A stretch of DNA of 49,308 bases. Origin: Klebsormidium nitens. Lineage: Eukaryota > Plantae > Klebsormidiophyceae. Shown in pieces: positions 42,034-49,308 of this stretch. Position numbers and translations under genes: made by a program. Under the pieces are notes generated by a model. That model worked only from the letters and a program-made list of their open reading frames with translations, ran no database searches and was not told the origin of the DNA. Position 1 is the stretch's first letter; each line of letters opens with the position of its first letter. The stretch covers positions 1-49,308 of the forward strand of contig DF237370.1 of NCBI GenBank assembly GCA_000708835.1, in the 5' to 3' direction.

Positions 42034-43172
42034 CCATGCTAGCTCTGGTCCTTCCTCCTCTTCTGGACCACAGGACATGAACCTTCCATGTACAGTAGTT
42101 GGCGCCACTGAATTGCTTGCCGTTTCAAGTTTGGATCTCCACTGCGACGTACGGATCATACATACAACCGGGCCGGGTTCAAGATTTGTGCAGCCGGACA
42201 TACTGGAGTTGAGCTTCCGACATTTGCTGGGCCCTGCATGCAAGCTGCCCATGACGGTTAATTGAATCTGCAATACCCGGTGACTTGGTACAGCTGAGTC
42301 AGTACATGCCAATTAAATTGAAGGAGCTTTAAGTTGGCTGCACGCATGACCGTCATATTTTCATCAATGATTGACGACGTAGCCTGGCCGGGCATCCCAG
42401 CTTGACGATCGGCCCCGGCAAGCTGAGCGATTTATGATATATGTGTTAATTATAATACCATCGATCGCTCGGTCGACGTCATATAAAGCAATTATCGCCC
42501 GGCCATGCACATGTGCATGTCATGACATGCATGCATGTGCCAGCTGTGTCACTATATAGTGCTCTCATAGATTCTATAACAGCCGTCTCGCAAAGTTGGC
42601 CTTGTGGCCATCAATCATTCTTAAACATTGTAGCCATGATATCTCGAATGTCCGATCATCAAGTGACTTTTGTTCTCGTGATTTAATGAATTGTATATAG
42701 AGGGGCCCAAGCTGATCTCAGCGAATGATACTAATAGGGCCAGGTGGCTCCGACCGGCCACGATCATTGAGTCTGACCAACAATCGCGTGAGAGTCTAAC
42801 TATGGTAGGGTGTAGTGATCTTCATGTAGACGTACACTGGGGCGCAAATCTCGTGCCTCAGTTTACAAAGAATCTGAACACGGAAAGCGGATTACCCACC
42901 TACTAGTAGATCGAGGTATCAGTCATGTACGGTACTAAGGCTGTGTACACTAGTAGCAAACCCAAGTGAAGCTTTCTATGACAACACTTTCCTCCTGTGC
43001 GCCCTCGGTCGCTTCCTTTTTCAAAGACAGGGCGCAAGATATGCATTACATGTTCAACGCCACCGACTTGAAGAGACCCCGCTTGTGTGGTACATGTACA
43101 TAGCACGTCATCCCCGACCATTCCCCTTCCGAGGTCGCTTTACAGCTCCGGCCAACACGTGTGTTCGCTATC

Positions 43173-46100
43173 TTACTCGTGGGCCCGTCCAGTGTAACCG
43201 GCGTCCAAAAGGACCTTCTCCCTCTTGGCACGCTCAAGATCGCTCTCAACCATCATCTTGATGAGCGTCTTGAACGTGACCTTGGGCTTCCACCCCAGGA
43301 GCTTCTTCGCCTTGGCCGACGAGCCCCGCAGGTTGTCGACCTCGGAAGGCCGGAAGTACCGCGGGTCAATCTCAACATACTCCTGCAGGATAAAGTTCGA
43401 GAAAGGTTCAAAAAAAGGCCGATAGCAGAATGTGTCAGGATAGCGTGAGTTGCCTTTGTCTTGTGAATATACTCGTGACTACTCCCTACTGAGAGGAACG
43501 AAGAAGTGAATCGGAACAAGGAATCAAAGGTGGCCAACAGAACCTGAAGTCCGTTTTGCAGTAGGTTCTTCAAAGAAACCAGAGAGCCTCCTCAGGGACC
43601 ATCGGCGCAAAGTTTCCACCACACAATCTGCTTCCTACTGCCAACGGAAATGGATGATCAGTCTCCCGCACATGCAAATATGCTTCCCGATGGGCTTTGA
43701 ATGCCATTCAGCTTGTTTGCCTGCCAAAGTCGATATCTCAAAATCTATAAGAACCTCTACAGCGTCTCCTTCAGCTTCTCGAAGTGAGCCTCAGTCCCGA
43801 TCAGAGCAAAGAGCCCCTCGGATCTCCGTTTTAACATCTTCACACTCGCTGCAGCTAGAACCTCTGAACGAGTCAGAAACACATGGCTTGGACACTGAAG
43901 CTTTAAACCGTAGCCCGATGGCCATAACTGCAAGACTTGCTTCGCAGCTCCTCGACCATGTTTTTCACCTGATCAAAGTCAGGGTTGGAACCTTGCATGC
44001 ACCATACCCCATTTCTCATTAGAAGGTCCTTGTACGAATGAGACTGTGTGGAGTGATTCTATGCCTAACTAATCACCTGACGAGTGTTGCTGACGTTCAA
44101 TCAAAGTACGGTCCGAAATGACCAGCTCGATCCCAGATTCCACGGAACGAATTTTACCCAAGTTTCGATACGATCAGAAAGCACAAGTCATTCAAAACTC
44201 GTATCCCCTTTCTGAGAAGGCACGCCGAGCCAACTTGCCGAAGACCTCATCTAGGGAACCCTTCTTCGTCAAGCCCTCCCACAAACACCCGAACTGAACA
44301 ATCGTGTGCTCAAACATCTTCACAGTTACTTGAGTGCAGTCACCCCACTTCAGATGTAGTAAAGCCAACGATCATCTGCCACTCAAGGTCAACTCAATCG
44401 AAGGCCTCTTCTAGCAACTCTCCAGACCCTCTCCAAAACCATCCACTCTGATCTAATCACACCAATGTAAATGGGCTTCGCACCTCAAACTTAATGGGGC
44501 CTCCTGCGTGCTTTTATCTTGGTTTAGAACCTAGTTCACTCAAATTGGTTCCGTCAGAGGAGAGCCTATCCGCACCTGCCACTTCAGGCCAACTTGCAAA
44601 AAGTCGTCCTCTAGGATCCCCTCATCTATCCCCCTCAACCACTCACAATGATACAATAGCCTCGCACACCTAAGAGGCCCTTCTCAGTCTAACCACACCA
44701 AATCAATCAGAGGAGAGACAGCCTATTCGCACCTCCCACTTGAGGCCGACTTGCGAGAAGGCCTCCTCGAGCAGCTCCTCGATCGTGTGCGACTCCTCGG
44801 TGGCGACGACGTAGTCATCAGGCGATTCCTGCTGGAGCATGAGCCACATGGCCTCGACGTAGTCCCCGGCGAAACCCCAATCCCTCGACGACTTCAAGTT
44901 GCCCATGTACAGCTTCTTCTGGAGGCCCATCTTGATGCGCCCCACTGCGCGGGTGACCTGGCAGGAAACAGATTAGGGGCGGGTTAGGATCACCGGGGTG
45001 GTTAAGAATGCCGCAGATTCTAGAGGTTTGCTAAGCTTGACTAAGAGTATGTTAGGATCTATTGTTTGTGAAAGGGACAAGAGCTATCGTTCGGAGGCCC
45101 ATCTTGATGCGCCCCACCGCGCGGGTGACCTGGCAGAAAAGAGGTTAGGGGCGGGTAAGGATTAACGGATGATTTTGATGGCAACTAGATACAAAAGTTT
45201 CACAAGCTTGACTGCAAGTTTGTGAGGATCTGGTGTCTGTGGAAGGTACAAGAGCTATTCATCAAGGCCAATCTTGGTGCGCCTCAGTGCACAGGTGAGC
45301 TGACAGGAGATAGGTTAGAGGAAGTTAGGTTGGTCGGGTGACCGTGGGTCTTACTATAGAGTTTAGCTTGATGAATGTTTTGAGCCGATCATGAATCCGT
45401 GATGACGTTTTCTGTTTTTGAGAGTCAAGAGATAGTCATGGAGGCACGTCTTGATGCGCCCCATTCGCAGACAATCTGACAGGTTCGAGGCTGATTATGT
45501 TGACCGGGATTCTGATTCCAGAAACTTCAAGAAAGGTTAACATTTTTCACAAGCTGATCTTATGTTTGTGATGCTCTTTGTTGGTGGTGAAAGCTACAAG
45601 AGCCATACATGGAGGCTGCTCTGCAGGCGGCCTATGAAAATGGAAAATGGTTCACAGAGCTGATTCAGCAAGGTGAGACTTTTCTGCCCATATCAAGTTT
45701 GCTGACTCCATGAGATCTCGGCAGACTAAGGGAACAGGCAGCGCTGTCAGTTGCGAGCAAAAGGAGGCATAGGAGAACTGCAGGGAAGAGAACTAGAACC
45801 TGCTTTAAGTGATGGCTGAAGTGAACATGGACCACGCAATCCAGGCTAGGCAAAAACTTTTGAGCTGATCAAAAAACACTTGTCAGATTGCAGGCCCACT
45901 TTGATGCCCACCGCCCTGATTGTGACCTATTGGGGCTGGAAGGTGGTTTCTTTCACAACAGGTACAGCTAACCTAATCATTCCACTTAAATGCGGTCTGC
46001 AGGATCCACATTATGATGCATCATGAGCAACTTACACAAAGGGGTACAGGGCAAAACATAAATCAGATGGGGTTAATCAACGTGGATTGAAAAGAAAGTC

Positions 46101-48544
46101 TTGTGTCGATCAGCTGAGCTGACAGTCAGAGCGAAACATAGATCTGTAGGGGGTGATATTTGTAATTTGAAAGAAATATCTCAGGTCAGCAGAGCTGACC
46201 CAATTTTGTGTATCAACAGAAGCAAATCAGAACGCTTTCACGAGCTTCACCAGAGAACCAGGCCCTTTAAAGCTACGTACCATAACGTACACAGTACTTG
46301 AAAATTCCAACTTTCAGTGTGGAATCAGCTTGGAGCTGAACTGTGTTTGTTATGCTGAGGATATTAGTGGTGTCTCTCTAAAGTTATTGGCTGTGACAAC
46401 TCATAGCTGCCGTCAGATCATAAAAGTTTTCGACATGCCTGTGGTGCTCTTATATCCACCCCATGTTCAACTCTGCAAAATCAGCTTAACACTGTGAAAA
46501 CCAAGCTGCCATGATTGAACCATCAACACCAGCTCAATTTCTAAGGACTAGGTCTTCCAGCTTTTAAAGTACCCAGATCAGTTGCTAGGATCAGAGTTGC
46601 TGCAACAAATTACATTGTGACCCTTGAGCAGTTGCTTAGGGAACTCCAAGGTGAAAGTAGGAAATGTCCAATCTAGAGCTGCTTGATGATGCAGATTATC
46701 AAGGGCCTGTAGATGTTCAAACCTAGCAATGCACCTCTCTGGCTAAAGAGATACTCAAACTCTGACGCTCCCAGAAATCAAGATGGATTGTGGGTCGTCC
46801 TTCAGCTTGCCATACCTTATCACAACTGCTCAAATCATTTACAACTGCTGCNNNNNNNNNNNNNNNNNNNNNNNNNNNNNNNNNNNNNNNNNNNNNNNNN
46901 NNNNNNNNNNNNNNNNNNNNNNNNNNNNNNNNNNNNNNNNNNNNNNNNNNNNNNNNNNNNNNNNNNNNNNNNNNNNNNNNNNNNNNNNNNNNNNNNNNNN
47001 NNNNNNNNNNNNNNNNNNNNNNNNNNNNNNNNNNNNNNNNNNNNNNNNNNNNNNNNNNNNNNNNNNNNNNNNNNNNNNNNNNNNNNNNNNNNNNNNNNNN
47101 NNNNNNNNNNNNNNNNNNNNNNNNNNNNNNNNNNNNNNNNNNNNNNNNNNNNNNNNNNNNNNNNNNNNNNNNNNNNNNNNNNNNNNNNNNNNNNNNNNNN
47201 NNNNNNNNNNNNNNNNNNNNNNNNNNNNNNNNNNNNNNNNNNNNNNNNNNNNNNNNNNNNNNNNNNNNNNNNNNNNNNNNNNNNNNNNNNNNNNNNNNNN
47301 NNNNNNNNNNNNNNNNNNNNNNNNCAAATCATTTACAACTGCTGCAGGAGCTCAACTTTCACAAGTCACCTACTTTATGCAGACTTTGTTCTATGAATCT
47401 CAATTATGCACATACCAATGATGAAAAGCTTCATGGCAGTCACTCAAAACGCAGATTCAATCTAGCAGAACTATTGCAAAGTCTGAACCAGAATATATGC
47501 GCACATAAGCAGGTCAAAATTCAGCTCTTTGCAGACACTGGATCTTTCTGGCAAGTTCCAATCAGAACAGATCTCTGCAGTCGGCTAAACAGACAAACAC
47601 TTCAAAGCGCCAGCATCCTGGATATTGGATGAAATCAGAAGCTACAAGCTAGTCATTCAGAACAAACCTGACTCTGCCAAGGAACTCATACAAAGCAGAT
47701 CTAACAAAAAAGGCAGCTTGTGGGGTCCTCCAGACCAACTGCAGCCTCTTGAAACCCTAATCGGCACATAGACAATGGACTTTGAAGCTGAAGAAGGGAT
47801 TGCTCTGAAGTTCTTTGGTCTTCGATCTGACAGAATGCATTGTGCTCCCTATCTTTGCTGTGAATCCATTCTTTTGTGATCTGCGTCCCAGAGCTGCTTC
47901 CTCACCTTCCTGGTCACAAAGTTCTCCCCGCGCCTCGGTGACTCGTGGTTGAACAGGATCCCATTGCAGGCAAACAAGCCATACGCCTCCCGGTAGTTGA
48001 CGGTGTACCAGTGCGCAGCAACCTTGGCAACAGCATAAGGACTCCGAGGGTGGAAGGGAGTGTCCTCCGCCTGAGGGGGGGGCGTGGATCCATACATCTC
48101 AGACGACCCTGCCTGGTAGTACTTGACTTTCCTCCCCGTGTCTTCTTGGTGAGTCCTGACGGCCTCCAGCAGACGCAGAGCTCCAGTCCCCGTCACATCA
48201 GCAGTAAACTCGGGGTTTTCGAAGGAGACACCGACGTGAGACTGCGCCCCCAGGTTGTAGATCTCGTCCGGCTGGATGGTATCGATCCACTTACGCAGCG
48301 AGTTGGAGTCGCTTAGGTCTCCATAATGCAGCTTGAGCTTGGCGTTGGTCGTGTGGGGGTCGACATAAATGTGATCCAGCCTCTGCGTATTAAAGTTGGA
48401 AGAACGCCGGATGATCCCATGGACCTCGTACCCTTGAGAGAGAAGAAACTCCGTGAGATAGGAGCCGTCCTGACCAGTGACCCCCGTAATCAGGGCCCGC
48501 TTTACGGGGGGGTGGGGAGAGGTGGAAAGGGCAGGGACAGACAT
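43173..48544 (-). CDS. GMD: GDP-mannose 4,6-dehydratase (MUR1/GMD1-like), 357 aa, 3 exons
   Basis: Exons 48544-47906, 44957-44733, 43382-43173(TAA). [48 protein letters not shown]|[31 protein letters not shown]. Confidence 0.97.
44210..44790 (-). repeat. Decayed tandem copies of the GMD exon2/intron2 donor junction
   Basis: Real junction 44707-44780 (cgcacctcccacttgaggccgacttgcgagaaggcctcctcgagcagctcctc); copies at 44554-44625, ~44377-44430, ~44220-44275. Confidence 0.75.
44921..45780 (-). repeat. Tandem ~172-bp array derived from the GMD intron1/exon2 acceptor junction
   Basis: Units begin ~44921 (real exon), 45093, 45264, 45440, 45611. The first copy differs at only 5 of 70 nt from the real junction (ggaggcccatcttgatgcgcccca...gggtgacctggcag). 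Confidence 0.9.
46852..47324. other. Assembly gap (473 N) inside GMD intron 1
   Basis: Run of n; identical 21-mer caaatcatttacaactgctgc on both flanks (46831-46851 and 47325-47345). Confidence 0.98.
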
Positions 48545-49145
48545 GGTTGCACTTTTCTTTGCGCGAGGTGTGCTTGGATTGAGAAGGAAAGGAAAGGCGC
48601 AGGCTGCAGGAAGAAGAAGCTGGGACTTGTGGAAGTGGAAAATCGTGATGGCTCAAGTCCAAAGAGACGAGTCGTTCACGGGCGCACTGTTCCCGAAAAA
48701 GACGGTGCTTTGCGATGCAACCAACATGGTGCATTCAAGTTCTTCTCGTTGAGGAGTGCGTGAAACTTGAAGCTGGTCGCCCTTTCCCTCTCGTGGTGGT
48801 GCACTTTTCTTGACACTTCATTCATTCTCAAAAATTTAATGAAGGATATGTTTGCTCTTGTAGTGTCAACAGCTGAAATGCGTACCGGCCGTGTTTAGGT
48901 GAGCTTCTTCCTGAAAACAACCGCCACGGGCAACCGTTGCGGGCCCGTTCGACAATGACGCGTTTTACTACCGTACGAACGTATCAGATCGAAGCATACA
49001 TTTCGGCAGCGGCAGCTGGATGAATCATTGAATGCACGTGCGACTCAGACAGAGCTTCTGGTACGGATTATGCGCCAGGAAGTTCCGGCCGGACTGAGTC
49101 TGGCCGGACAACGGATAGCCAGCTATCGCATTTCCCGCTGGTGCG

Positions 49146-49289
49146 AACCCTAAAACCCTCAGATTATATTGGCGCGCTACGCGCGCGCGCAGTAGCCTAG
49201 ATTGTCCATGGCTGCCACATTCGCCATGCTTCAAATTCAATCTGATTTTAAGGTCGAACTCCCCTAATTCGACGATTTCAAAACCCTAA
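49146..49289 (+). promoter_or_regulatory. Telo-box-like elements (AAACCCTA) upstream of GMD / possible divergent promoter
   Basis: aaccctaaaaccct at 49146-49159 and aaaccctaa at 49281-49289. Telo-boxes are known cis-elements in plant housekeeping and translation-gene promoters; function here is inferred. Confidence 0.45.
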
Positions 49290-49308
49290 TGCCGTGGGAC
49301 GATGATCA

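Noticed and set aside
44921-45780. CRISPR-like or transposon interpretation of the regularly spaced repeats
   Set aside because: Units are ~172 bp, derive from the host exon junction, lack unique spacers and terminal inverted repeats, and no cas or transposase genes are present; the context is eukaryotic.
46713-47632. Long ORFs spanning the N-run
   Set aside because: Artefacts of translating ambiguous bases.
47752-47760. Single AAACCCTAA in GMD intron 1
   Set aside because: An isolated copy is expected by chance; not a telomeric array.

Overview
Intron-rich eukaryotic DNA, not prokaryotic. It is probably from a streptophyte green alga such as Klebsormidium; this is an inference from plant-type AHK1, TPP and telo-boxes occurring alongside a microbial rhodopsin. 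I rebuilt six spliced genes by hand from GT-AG junctions with consistent reading phase. (1) The 3' part of an AHK1/CKI1-like hybrid histidine kinase (+, <319-4132). (2) A ~23-exon, ~1530-aa light-sensing enzyme (-, ~20622-6066): 8-TM-type microbial rhodopsin, His kinase, receiver, guanylyl cyclase and a C-terminal SAM domain, i.e. a 2c-Cyclop/histidine-kinase rhodopsin. Its SAM-completing last exon is absent from the supplied ORF track. (3) Trehalose-6-phosphate phosphatase (-). (4) 20S proteasome alpha-3/PAC1 (+). (5) alpha-SNAP (+). (6) GDP-mannose 4,6-dehydratase (-). There is also a 473-N assembly gap. The most striking non-genic pattern is in the introns of all four housekeeping genes: they carry tandem, progressively decayed ~140-210-bp copies of their own exon/intron junctions. 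No tRNA, rRNA, CRISPR array or intact transposon was recognised.
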